A stretch of DNA of 64,000 bases, taken from the IMG/VR virus record IMGVR_UViG_3300032296_003307, positions 62,001 through 126,000 of that record. One strand, written 5' to 3'. Positions 18,225 to 28,870 of this stretch are shown piece after piece. A program made the position numbers and the translations under genes. The stretch's first letter is position 1. Every line of letters begins with the position of its first letter. The notes beneath the pieces are model-generated. The model had not been told where the DNA came from. It saw only the letters and a list, made by a program, of their open reading frames with translations, and ran no database searches.

Positions 18225-18959
18225 ATGACTATTGAAAATAAAAGAAGAAAAATTATTGATGTAGAAAAACTTGAACTGGCTCAACCTGGTTTTGCTAATG
18301 GTATTTCACTTCAGTTAGACAAAGTAATTAAAAATGGTGAACACCGTTCACTTACTGAAAATGAAAAATACGATATCATTGACAAAGCAGAAAAAGCATA
18401 TGGTGAGTTTTTAGATGCTTTAGGTGTTGATTGGAGAAACGATCCCAATTCAATGGAAACTCCTCGTCGTGTAGCAAAGGCTTATGTACTGGATTTGTGG
18501 AAAGGTCGTTATGATGTTCCTACTGAAATTACTGCTTTCCCAGCAGATGGTTACAATGGAATTATTTTAGAAAGAGATATTCCTATTGTAAGTATGTGTT
18601 CACACCACCACCAAGCTATTTTAGGAAAAGCCCACGTTGCTTATGTTCCTGGAAAAGATGGTAAGGTAATTGGATTGAGTAAATTGAACCGAATTGTAGA
18701 ACATTATGCTCGTAGAGGTGCTATTCAAGAACAACTTACAGTTGCTATTCACAATGCAATTAATGAAGTATGTGAAGGCAATATTGGAGTAATGGTTGTA
18801 GTTCATTCATTCCACAATTGTGTTTCATGTCGTGGTATTAAACATTTTGGAGCATCAATGGTTACAAGTGAAGTATCAGGTGTATTTGCTGACCACACCA
18901 AAACAGCAAAACAAGAAGTTATGGATATGTTAAAATTTAATATGGAGGGTTACAGATGA
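18225..18959 (+). CDS. folE: GTP cyclohydrolase I
   Basis: ETPRRVAK, SMCSHHH, GLSKLNR, IQEQLT, HNCVSCRG. Confidence 0.93.
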   Translation: MTIENKRRKIIDVEKLELAQPGFANGISLQLDKVIKNGEHRSLTENEKYDIIDKAEKAYGEFLDALGVDWRNDPNSMETPRRVAKAYVLDLWKGRYDVPTEITAFPADGYNGIILERDIPIVSMCSHHHQAILGKAHVAYVPGKDGKVIGLSKLNRIVEHYARRGAIQEQLTVAIHNAINEVCEGNIGVMVVVHSFHNCVSCRGIKHFGASMVTSEVSGVFADHTKTAKQEVMDMLKFNMEGYR

Positions 18960-19459
18960 TCCTAAACGCAGAACAACTTTTGGAACAAGGTCTAATAATT
19001 TTAGATGATGCCAAAGGTAAACCAGCACAAGTTGGTTATGATTTATCAATTAAAGAAGTTAATAAAGTAGGAGGTGAAATTGGAAGAGTTTTAAAAGACA
19101 AAACCATTGTAAACAAACATACTCCTGTTGAAAAAACTAGTTTGGAAGGTAAAAAAGGCTGGATACTATATCAGGGAGTTTATGATGTAATTATGAATGA
19201 AGGCTGTGATATTCATCCTGACAGAGTAGGACTAATTCGCCAACGTTCTTCTTTGATGAGAAACGGAGCAATTATTACCTCAAGTATTTTTGATCCTGGT
19301 TTTAAAACAGCAAATGTAGGAACTTACATGATTGTTTTTGAAACTATTTTTATTGAAGAGGATGCTCGAGTTGCTCAAATGTATTTCCACGAGTGTGAAC
19401 CAGTAAGCAAAGATCAGCTTTATAACGGTCAGTTCCAAAACGATAAACAAAGAGGTTAA
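18956..19459 (+). CDS. dCTP deaminase / trimeric dUTPase superfamily
   Basis: VGYDL, RSSLMRNG, FDPGF, RVAQ. Confidence 0.78.
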   Translation: MILNAEQLLEQGLIILDDAKGKPAQVGYDLSIKEVNKVGGEIGRVLKDKTIVNKHTPVEKTSLEGKKGWILYQGVYDVIMNEGCDIHPDRVGLIRQRSSLMRNGAIITSSIFDPGFKTANVGTYMIVFETIFIEEDARVAQMYFHECEPVSKDQLYNGQFQNDKQRG

Positions 19460-19527
19460 TTTTTTTTTTTTCATTTGGAAACCTTAATTTTCTTTCGTAT
19501 ATTTATAACAAATAAAAACTCAATAAA

Positions 19528-20130
19528 ATGAAAGACATAATTAGAATGAACCAGCTAGCTGGTATTATCACAGAAGGCCAAGCTAAAAAAATGATGGAAA
19601 TTTTAACTGAAGGAGAAGTAGATGAAATGGCTACCTTAATCAATAAAAAATCTTCAGAAGGAAGTGGAAAACCTGTACAAGTAGGTGATACAATCAAATG
19701 GCAACAAGCGGTGTCTAGTGGTGATAACTATTACGGTAAAAATTATGTAACAATGAAAGGTAAAGTAACCAAGTTGTTAGGATCAGCTAATGTAGAAGCT
19801 GAAGATCTTGAAACTGGTGATTTGTATAGAGTTTCTCGTAAAGAATTAACTGTGATTTCTGAAATGGAGGGAACTTTAAATGAAGCTAATCCTGATTTAA
19901 CAAAATTTAAAAATTACCTCAATAAAAAAAGTTTTGGTATGGAAGTATTAGATGAACCTGGACCAAACATTTATTTTGAATTCTGGACACCAGCTGGTTC
20001 ACAAGCTTTTGAAGATTTATTAAATAAATTAAGTCTAAAATTTAAGAAAAATACAGAAAGAGATGGTGGAAAGTTAGTAACTATGTATTATGTAGATAAA
20101 GCAAGTGCAAAACAACTTTTTGGAAAATAA
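19528..20130 (+). CDS. Cassette ORF with MKDIIRMNQLAGIITE leader, putative virion-internal protein
   Basis: Upstream DNA and first ~25 codons nearly identical to 26544; rest unrelated. Confidence 0.75.
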   Translation: MKDIIRMNQLAGIITEGQAKKMMEILTEGEVDEMATLINKKSSEGSGKPVQVGDTIKWQQAVSSGDNYYGKNYVTMKGKVTKLLGSANVEAEDLETGDLYRVSRKELTVISEMEGTLNEANPDLTKFKNYLNKKSFGMEVLDEPGPNIYFEFWTPAGSQAFEDLLNKLSLKFKKNTERDGGKLVTMYYVDKASAKQLFGK

Positions 20131-20154
20131 TTAAACAAACAAAAATCATAAATT

Positions 20155-20180
20155 AAGGCTTGGGAAACCAAGCCTTTTTT
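20155..20180 (+). terminator. Hairpin AAGGCTTGG-GAAA-CCAAGCCTT + T-tract, also the polB promoter
   Basis: 9-bp stem; TTGG at 20160-20163 lies 19 nt before TACATT at 20183. Confidence 0.88.
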
Positions 20181-20194
20181 ATTACATTGATGCT

Positions 20195-22789
20195 ATGTAT
20201 CAAGCAGTTTACTTTGATAGAGAGGAAAAACAATATTATCTAAGAGACGACAGATGGAAAGGTTTTAAAACAGTTCAACATTGGCCTACTCTTTATGTTG
20301 CTGATCCTGATGGTGACTTTGAAACACTAGAAGGTACCAAAGTATCCCCTGTTAAAAGAATGGATGATTGGAAAGATCCTAGATACTTTGAAAAAGACGT
20401 AGACAAACTTACTCGCTTACTTGTTGATTACTATTATGAATCTGATGATACACCAAAGTTTCATAATACAGTTTATTTAGATATTGAGTGTGAAATTGCC
20501 GGAGCATTAACTGAGGAAACAATTAAAGATCCTAAAGGTAAAATAACTGCTGTTGCTCTTTATGATGCTAATTCTAAAAAATATTATTGTTTACTTTTAG
20601 ATGAAAGTAAAACCTTTAAAGACATTGTTGAAGAAGATAAAGAGGTTATACCCTATGCCACTGAAAAAGAATTATTAAGTGGTTTTTTAGACAAATGGTA
20701 TGAATTAGACCCAACTATTATTACAGGTTGGAACAGTGGTTTCTTTGATATTCCTTACCTATACTATAGAATTTCTAAAGTATTAGGTGAAACACTTGCT
20801 CAAACCCTATCTCCAATAGGAAAAATTCAATTCACCCCCCAATTTCCAGATCAACCTGTTAATTTAGGAGGTATTAACCATCTTGACTATATGCTTTTGT
20901 TTAAAAAGTTTATTACAAAACAAGAGTCATCTTATCGTTTAGGTGATATTGGTAAAAAATATGCTAAATTAGAAAAAATAGAGTATCAAGGTTCACTTGA
21001 TAAATTATTTAAAGAAGATATTCATACATTTATTGAATATAACCTTCGAGACGTTGAAATTATTGTTGAGCTTGAAAAACGAATGAAGTTTATCGAACTA
21101 ACAGTTACAATTGGTCATTTATGTCATACAACTTACGAATCGATTTACTTTTCAACAGTATTAAATGAAGGTGCTATTTTAACTTACCTAAAACGTAAAG
21201 GAATAGTTTCACCTAATAAACCAACTACCTATAATCCAGCTCTAAAAACATTACAAGAGGAATATGCTGGTGGTTATTTGAAAGATCCTGTTCCTGGTTT
21301 ATATGAATGGGTTATTGATTTGGATTTTACATCTTTGTATCCCTCTATTATTCGTTCACTTAATATGGGAATTGAAACATTAGTTGGACGTGTTGTAAAC
21401 AGAGGTAAATTTGATAATCAATGGTCACTTAAAGAACTTAAAGCAATGAACCCTAGTACTATGGTTACTATTGAAAAAGTTAAAAAAGATCGTAGATTAG
21501 CCCAATCAGAAATTTCAGTAGGTGATTTAATAGAAATTATTGAAGGTAATGATTTAATTATTTCAGCACCCGGTGTTATGTTCCGTAAAGACAAATCAAG
21601 TGTTGTTTGTGAAATTCTAGCTGACTGGTTTGCTAAACGTCAAGAATATAAAAAGTTGATGAAAAAGGCATATAAAGAAGATAACGACCCTGTTATGGGA
21701 TCCTTTTATGATAGACGTCAACATGCTTATAAAATTAAATTAAATGATGTTTATGGTGTATTTGCAATTAATGGTTGGAGATACACTGATGGAAACAAAT
21801 TCATTAGTAAAGCAATTACTTTAACAGGTCAGCGCTTAACTCAAGAATCTATTAAGTTTGTAAACAATTGGATGAATGAGCAATTAGGTACAGACAATAA
21901 AGATTACATTGTTACCTCAGATACCGACTCATTATTCATTCAGGTTAAAGATTTAATTTTACAACGTAAACCTGAATTAGCTACAGCAGATCAAGAAACA
22001 ATTGTACAAGAGGTACTTAAAGTTGCTACTGAAATTCAAAAATTAGCAAATGAAAATCTACATACCATAGTACAAGAATTATTTAATGTTAAATACCCTA
22101 ATGAACCTCACTATTTTGAATTAAAACAAGAGGTTGTACTTGATAGAGGTTATTTTGCTGGTAAGCGTAGATACGCCCAACACATTGTTAATAAAGAAGG
22201 TGTACCAACAGATGAACTAGATGTTAAAGGATTGGATTTGATGAAATCAAATTTCCCACCATTGTTTAAAAAGTTTGGTGAACACATTATTAATGAAATT
22301 ATGTTTGGTAAACCTAAAACAGATATTGATAAACAAATACTTGATTTTAGAACCGAATTAAGAACAATTAATTGGAAACAAATTCTAAAACCTACTGGAT
22401 TAAAGAAAATGGGTGAATATTTGGCTTCACCTCCTAGAGCAGGTGAGGTATTTTCAAAATTAGGATTAAAATGTCCTATTAATACCAAAGCAGCTATTTA
22501 CTATAATGATATTTTAACTTTTAAAGGTTTAGATAAAAAATATCCAACATTCCAAATAGGTGATAAAATGTATATTGCTTATTTAAAAGATAATCCTTAT
22601 AGAATAGATGTTGTTGGTTTTAACGGATTTAATGACCCTCCTGAGGTAATGGAATTTATAGAAAAATACATTGATAGAGACGGTTTATTTGATTCAGTTA
22701 TGAAAAACAAATTAGAGTCATTATATTCAGATCTAGGATGGGGTGCTGTAGTACTCAATCAAAACATAAACAAGTTTTTTAAATTTTAA
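20195..22789 (+). CDS. polB: Family-B replicative DNA polymerase
   Basis: Exo I YLDIECE, Exo II GWNSGFFD, DLDFTSLYPS, KIKLNDVYG, SDTDS, KRRY. Confidence 0.95.
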   Translation: MYQAVYFDREEKQYYLRDDRWKGFKTVQHWPTLYVADPDGDFETLEGTKVSPVKRMDDWKDPRYFEKDVDKLTRLLVDYYYESDDTPKFHNTVYLDIECEIAGALTEETIKDPKGKITAVALYDANSKKYYCLLLDESKTFKDIVEEDKEVIPYATEKELLSGFLDKWYELDPTIITGWNSGFFDIPYLYYRISKVLGETLAQTLSPIGKIQFTPQFPDQPVNLGGINHLDYMLLFKKFITKQESSYRLGDIGKKYAKLEKIEYQGSLDKLFKEDIHTFIEYNLRDVEIIVELEKRMKFIELTVTIGHLCHTTYESIYFSTVLNEGAILTYLKRKGIVSPNKPTTYNPALKTLQEEYAGGYLKDPVPGLYEWVIDLDFTSLYPSIIRSLNMGIETLVGRVVNRGKFDNQWSLKELKAMNPSTMVTIEKVKKDRRLAQSEISVGDLIEIIEGNDLIISAPGVMFRKDKSSVVCEILADWFAKRQEYKKLMKKAYKEDNDPVMGSFYDRRQHAYKIKLNDVYGVFAINGWRYTDGNKFISKAITLTGQRLTQESIKFVNNWMNEQLGTDNKDYIVTSDTDSLFIQVKDLILQRKPELATADQETIVQEVLKVATEIQKLANENLHTIVQELFNVKYPNEPHYFELKQEVVLDRGYFAGKRRYAQHIVNKEGVPTDELDVKGLDLMKSNFPPLFKKFGEHIINEIMFGKPKTDIDKQILDFRTELRTINWKQILKPTGLKKMGEYLASPPRAGEVFSKLGLKCPINTKAAIYYNDILTFKGLDKKYPTFQIGDKMYIAYLKDNPYRIDVVGFNGFNDPPEVMEFIEKYIDRDGLFDSVMKNKLESLYSDLGWGAVVLNQNINKFFKF

Positions 22790-22791
22790 AG

Positions 22792-23532
22792 ATGATAAAT
22801 AAATTAGATTTAGTTTCAATTATTTCAAAGTATTTCCTTAACGGAATGAATGAGGCCGTTAAGTGGGAAATTAAAGACAATAACTTAACTATTAAGTTTA
22901 CGGCTCCTGATAGATCAATGATTGGAAAAGTAACTTATGAAGGGTTTGAATTAGAGGATTCAACAGTTGGTATTAGTAATACTACTCAATTAAACAAATT
23001 ACTTGCTATTACAAATGGTTATTTAAATTTAGAGTATTTTAAACAACACAAACTAATTACCAAACTTATTGTAGCAGATAACCAGTTTACTCTAAACTAT
23101 GCTTTAGCCGATACTATGATTATTCCTAAAGCAGGAGAGTATGTTGGTGATGGTCAATACAATATTGAAGCCACGTTAGATAACGAAAGTATAAACGCTA
23201 TAGTTAAAGCAAAATCAGCACTTGCGGAAACCGACACAGTTGTATTTAAACCATTTACTAACGATGATGGTGATTTACAATTGGAAATGCTATTTGGAGG
23301 CAATATTGAACACTCAAACAAAATATCTTTTTACCTTCCAGATATTACAACAAACAATTTACCTTCTGATTTTAAAGTCCATTATAATTCTAATTTAATT
23401 AAAGAAATTATGTACTGTAACAAAGATGTTTCCAGTGGGGTTATGGGAATTAATTTGGATGGAGTTATGAGATTGTTTTTTGATAGTGGAAAAACTAAAA
23501 GTGAGTATTATTTAGTTGCAAAAGAACTCTAA
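22792..23532 (+). CDS. Sliding clamp (gp45-like)
   Basis: 246 aa, beta-rich, directly after polB; clamp loader nearby. Confidence 0.7.
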   Translation: MINKLDLVSIISKYFLNGMNEAVKWEIKDNNLTIKFTAPDRSMIGKVTYEGFELEDSTVGISNTTQLNKLLAITNGYLNLEYFKQHKLITKLIVADNQFTLNYALADTMIIPKAGEYVGDGQYNIEATLDNESINAIVKAKSALAETDTVVFKPFTNDDGDLQLEMLFGGNIEHSNKISFYLPDITTNNLPSDFKVHYNSNLIKEIMYCNKDVSSGVMGINLDGVMRLFFDSGKTKSEYYLVAKEL

Positions 23533-23555
23533 TTAAATATATTTATTATAAAGTT

Positions 23556-23750
23556 ATGGGTTTTGAATTAATTAAGGTTGGTGACGACTTATATACAGTT
23601 GAGCGTAAAATTTCTGAAAATACAGGAATTGATACAAATCTTTACAAAGGATACACAAACACAACAAACGTATTTAGAAAAGATGGCAAATTTTGGTTTT
23701 GTCGTCTTATTGAAGAAGCACAAGTTATTGAAGAAAATTTGGAAAATTAA
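23556..23750 (+). CDS. Hypothetical protein
   Basis: ORF with upstream TATTTATT. Confidence 0.55.
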   Translation: MGFELIKVGDDLYTVERKISENTGIDTNLYKGYTNTTNVFRKDGKFWFCRLIEEAQVIEENLEN

Positions 23751-23773
23751 AAAATATTTCATATATTCCCGTT

Positions 23774-24067
23774 ATGAGTACTGAAAAAGAAAACCTACGA
23801 ATTATTACAGATCCAGTAATGGAACCTTATTTCATTTCAATGGATGATTATTGTATGACAGTTAATGTTAAAATTACACCTGATTCCCGTTACACCAATT
23901 CAGGAAAAGATTACAACAAAACAATTGGTCACTACAATAATTTAGCTAATGCTTTAAAAGCGATTGCAAGAGACAAAGTGAATTCAAAATCTTACGAATC
24001 ATTAAATGAGTACATTGATACTTACAAAAACACAATTAATTCAATCACAGAAAAAATAAGTATTTAA
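23774..24067 (+). CDS. Hypothetical protein
   Basis: First ORF after the promoter at 23738. Confidence 0.6.
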   Translation: MSTEKENLRIITDPVMEPYFISMDDYCMTVNVKITPDSRYTNSGKDYNKTIGHYNNLANALKAIARDKVNSKSYESLNEYIDTYKNTINSITEKISI

Positions 24068-24068
24068 T

Positions 24069-24392
24069 ATGAAACTAGAAGCATTATACAACGCAGTTAT
24101 CGTAAAACCTATTGAGGCAGAAGAAACCTCTTATGGTGGAATTATTGTTCCCGATTTGGGAAATGAGAAAAACAAACTTGGTAAAGTAGTAGCAGTTGGT
24201 AAAGGTTATTATTCAGTAACTGGAGCTTGGATTGAAACTGTACTAAAAGTTGGAGAAACTATTATTCTTCCTACTATGGGTTTTAGCAAACTAGAACACG
24301 AAGGAGAAGAGTATTGGATTGGTCCTGAAAACCAAGTACTAGGTAAACTAGTAGATGAAACTGAAGAAACAGAAGAAGAACTACCCTTTTAA
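24069..24392 (+). CDS. groES: Co-chaperonin GroES with acidic tail
   Basis: YNAVIVKP, mobile loop GGIIVPD, GKVVAVGKG, LKVGE. Confidence 0.9.
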   Translation: MKLEALYNAVIVKPIEAEETSYGGIIVPDLGNEKNKLGKVVAVGKGYYSVTGAWIETVLKVGETIILPTMGFSKLEHEGEEYWIGPENQVLGKLVDETEETEEELPF

Positions 24393-24397
24393 TTTAA

Positions 24398-26014
<1,617 letters not shown>

Positions 26015-26024
26015 ATTTAAAATT

Positions 26025-26213
26025 ATGAAGGATGCAGTAGCTTTAGAAGGTCAAATTCTTAAAATTGAAGGTGTTGACCATGTTATTAAAAACTTTTATT
26101 TTGTGCCCAATACTAATTATCTTTATGTAGGGCTGTTAACACCACAAAATACAACTATTAACTATGCCTTCGAAAAGCTACTGCCCTACTTAATTGAACA
26201 AATAAAGTTATGA
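26025..26213 (+). CDS. Hypothetical protein
   Basis: Short ORF in operon. Confidence 0.5.
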   Translation: MKDAVALEGQILKIEGVDHVIKNFYFVPNTNYLYVGLLTPQNTTINYAFEKLLPYLIEQIKL

Positions 26214-26479
26214 GTAAAACAGAAATCCAAGAAAAACTAATTGAAATTGCTCAACGTGTCCCACCAGGAGATCAATGGAAAGTAAATAATGTTAATGCTG
26301 TTCAAAAATCTTTAACAGATGCTTTAGAAGCATGGTTTCAAATAGCAACAGTTAAACCTAAAGCATTTCGTTTAGATTTGGCTCAAGGTAAACTTTTTGC
26401 TATATTACCTGAGGAAGTAGAAATACAAGAACCGGAACCTAAAAAATATTCAATTTACGGAGATTATACTTTAGATTAA
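26210..26479 (+). CDS. Hypothetical protein
   Basis: Short ORF in operon. Confidence 0.55.
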   Translation: MSKTEIQEKLIEIAQRVPPGDQWKVNNVNAVQKSLTDALEAWFQIATVKPKAFRLDLAQGKLFAILPEEVEIQEPEPKKYSIYGDYTLD

Positions 26480-26543
26480 GTTTTTTTATTTGGTGACTTA
26501 AATTCTTTTTCGTATATTTATAACAAAACAAAAACTCAATAAA

Positions 26544-26951
26544 ATGAAAGACATAATTAGAATAAATCAATTAGCTGGCATTATTACCGAAGGTCAAGCC
26601 AGAAAGATGATGCAAGTATTAAATGAAGAAGAAACTAATGAATATTCCTTAGAAAATCTAATTAAACAATGGGTTAATGATAATGCTGGGGGTTATGGTC
26701 CTGATAAAGATGATCCTCAATATTTCAAATTTAAGAAAGAAATGAATATGCTTCTTAATAATACTCTTGAAGAATTTAATCCTGATTATTATGGGGATGA
26801 TACAACAATGAGTCCTAATGATATATTAGAAGATTTTATAGAAGAAGCTGTTAATATTATTTCTAAATATACAATGGGTTACTATGGAGATGATACCTCA
26901 TTCAGTCCCGAAGATATTAAGGATGATTTTTATATTTTTATAAAAAGGTAA
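26544..26951 (+). CDS. Cassette ORF with MKDIIRINQLAGIITE leader, acidic
   Basis: Leader shared with 19528; internal repeat YYGDDT-x-x-SP-x-DI-x-(E/D)DF occurs twice. Confidence 0.75.
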   Translation: MKDIIRINQLAGIITEGQARKMMQVLNEEETNEYSLENLIKQWVNDNAGGYGPDKDDPQYFKFKKEMNMLLNNTLEEFNPDYYGDDTTMSPNDILEDFIEEAVNIISKYTMGYYGDDTSFSPEDIKDDFYIFIKR

Positions 26952-26977
26952 ATAAAACTTTATTTATATTTTAAACT

Positions 26978-27003
26978 AAGGCTTGGGAAACCAAGCCTTT
27001 TTT
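26978..27003 (+). terminator. Hairpin AAGGCTTGG-GAAA-CCAAGCCTT + T-tract, also the clamp-loader promoter
   Basis: Identical to the 20155 copy; TATATT 19 nt downstream of TTGG. Confidence 0.88.
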
Positions 27004-27017
27004 ATTATATTAATGTT

Positions 27018-27953
27018 ATGAGTAAAAAAGAACACACCCTTTGGGTTGAAAAATATCGTTCTAATACTTTAGAAAATTATGTTGGTAACGAAAATATCAA
27101 ACAAACAGTTCAAAAGTATTTAGATCAAAATGATATTCAAAACTTTTTGTTTTACGGACCTGCTGGTACTGGTAAAACTACTTTAGCAAAACTTATTGTT
27201 AACAATCTAGATTGTGATTATCTTTATATTAATGCAAGTGATGAAAGAGGTATTGACACAATTAGAGATAAAGTATCTGGTTTTGCCTCTGCTGCCTCAT
27301 TTAAACCACTTAAAGTAGTTATTTTAGATGAAGCCGATTTTATTACAATTCAGGGTCAAGCAGCACTTCGAAATGTAATTGAGACTTATTCACGTACTAC
27401 AAGATTTATTTTAACTTGTAACTTTGTTGAACGTATTATTGATCCTCTCCAATCACGTTGTCAGGTACTTAAAATTGTTCCTCCCTCTAAAAATGATATT
27501 GCAAAACACGTTTTCAATATTCTAAAACAAGAGGAAACAGAAATTCAATTAGAGGATCTAAAACTAGTAGTTAATCAGTTTTATCCTGATGTTCGTAAGA
27601 TACTTAATACCCTACAAATGGGTGCCAAAGACGGACAGATAGTTGTTGATAAAACTATATTAGTGTCTAGTAACTACAAAAACCAAATTCTCACCGAGTT
27701 ATGCAAACCATCACAAAAATCGTTTAATAACATTAGACAAATAATTGCTGATGCTGGTGTAAGTGATTTTGAGGATTTATTTAGATTCCTATACGATAAT
27801 GTAGAAAAATATGCTCCCTTAAGTGTAGGTGAGGTAGTAATTTTTATCGAAGAATATCAATACCACTCCAACTTTCGTATCGATAAAGAGATAAATCTTA
27901 TGGCTTTGATATCCAGAATTTTATCATTAATTTTAAATAAAAGAATAATATGA
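27018..27953 (+). CDS. Clamp loader AAA+ subunit (gp44/RFC-like)
   Basis: LWVEKYR, GPAGTGKTT, NASDERG, ILDEAD, LQSRC. Confidence 0.92.
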   Translation: MSKKEHTLWVEKYRSNTLENYVGNENIKQTVQKYLDQNDIQNFLFYGPAGTGKTTLAKLIVNNLDCDYLYINASDERGIDTIRDKVSGFASAASFKPLKVVILDEADFITIQGQAALRNVIETYSRTTRFILTCNFVERIIDPLQSRCQVLKIVPPSKNDIAKHVFNILKQEETEIQLEDLKLVVNQFYPDVRKILNTLQMGAKDGQIVVDKTILVSSNYKNQILTELCKPSQKSFNNIRQIIADAGVSDFEDLFRFLYDNVEKYAPLSVGEVVIFIEEYQYHSNFRIDKEINLMALISRILSLILNKRII

Positions 27954-28198
27954 ACAATAAACAACAACAATTGAACGTCAACATCGACATTAAAAACACT
28001 AGACCTATTGTGTCTGAGGATGGAAATCAAGTATTTGCAGAAGGTGTTATCCTTCGTAAAGTATCTCGTTTTGTAACTGGTACTCAAGAAGATGGAATTA
28101 TTCCTATTCCCTGTTTTTATGATGTAAAAAGCGGTAAGGTATTGGTTGAATTGCTTCCTAAGGAACTTAGAGAGGAATTTGAGAGTGACAATATTTGA
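27950..28198 (+). CDS. Hypothetical protein
   Basis: Coupled ORF. Confidence 0.6.
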   Translation: MNNKQQQLNVNIDIKNTRPIVSEDGNQVFAEGVILRKVSRFVTGTQEDGIIPIPCFYDVKSGKVLVELLPKELREEFESDNI

Positions 28199-28604
28199 TT
28201 GGCTAAAACATATCACAGTAGATAAAAAACCCTGGTCATCTTTCACAGAGGTACAGCAAGAGTCATTTAATTCTTACATGGTTCATCGGTTTGTTAGTAT
28301 GTATGAAGGATACACTGAGGTTGCAAATTACGGCCAAAGAATCCCCTATCCTGAAAAAGAAAAAACTTATAAATACTATTGCCATATGTTGCCTAAAAAG
28401 AATGTCTTCCTCAAGTACGTAAAAAGTTCACGTAAAAAACCAAGTGAAAAACTATTACATCACATTGCTGACCATTATACTATTTCACTGGGAGAGGCAG
28501 AAGATTATATTTACATTCTTAAAAAAGAAGGAGTAGAGATGATTCTTGAAAAATCAGGTATTGAAGATAAAGAAATTAAAAAGTTACTAAAAGAAATACA
28601 ATGA
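28185..28604 (+). CDS. Probable clamp loader small subunit (gp62-like)
   Basis: GTG start in frame with the track ORF; FNSYMVHRFVSM and FLKYVK; position after the AAA+ subunit. Confidence 0.5.
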   Translation: MTIFDWLKHITVDKKPWSSFTEVQQESFNSYMVHRFVSMYEGYTEVANYGQRIPYPEKEKTYKYYCHMLPKKNVFLKYVKSSRKKPSEKLLHHIADHYTISLGEAEDYIYILKKEGVEMILEKSGIEDKEIKKLLKEIQ

Positions 28605-28867
28605 CAAAAAATAGTGAAATCTATGGTACTAGAATTTATACTGATATAAACAATACCAATAGAACTATAGAAAAAACAGACTCAATTGTAGATTCAGTTA
28701 TTGATGAACACATTAAGAGAGCTAAATTAGGTAAAACAAAGTACAACAATACTTTAGATAGAACAGATTTATCAGTAATAGAGTATTTACAACATGCTAA
28801 AGAAGAAGCAATGGATTTAGCTCTGTATCTAGAGAAAACAATCCAAATGTTGCAAGGAAAAAAATAA
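28601..28867 (+). CDS. Possible all-alpha (MazG-like) nucleotide pyrophosphatase
   Basis: GKTKYNNTLDR and HAKEEAMDLALY with an EExxD acidic motif. Confidence 0.4.
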   Translation: MTKNSEIYGTRIYTDINNTNRTIEKTDSIVDSVIDEHIKRAKLGKTKYNNTLDRTDLSVIEYLQHAKEEAMDLALYLEKTIQMLQGKK

Positions 28868-28870
28868 GTT

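Noticed and set aside
19460-19471. Run of about 12 T after the dCTP deaminase-like gene
   Set aside because: No preceding stem; may be a homopolymer-length artefact
7315-22789. Introns or inteins in nrdJ, polB, recA, dnaB or thyA
   Set aside because: All frames are continuous and of normal length with no splicing motifs; the HNH genes are free-standing
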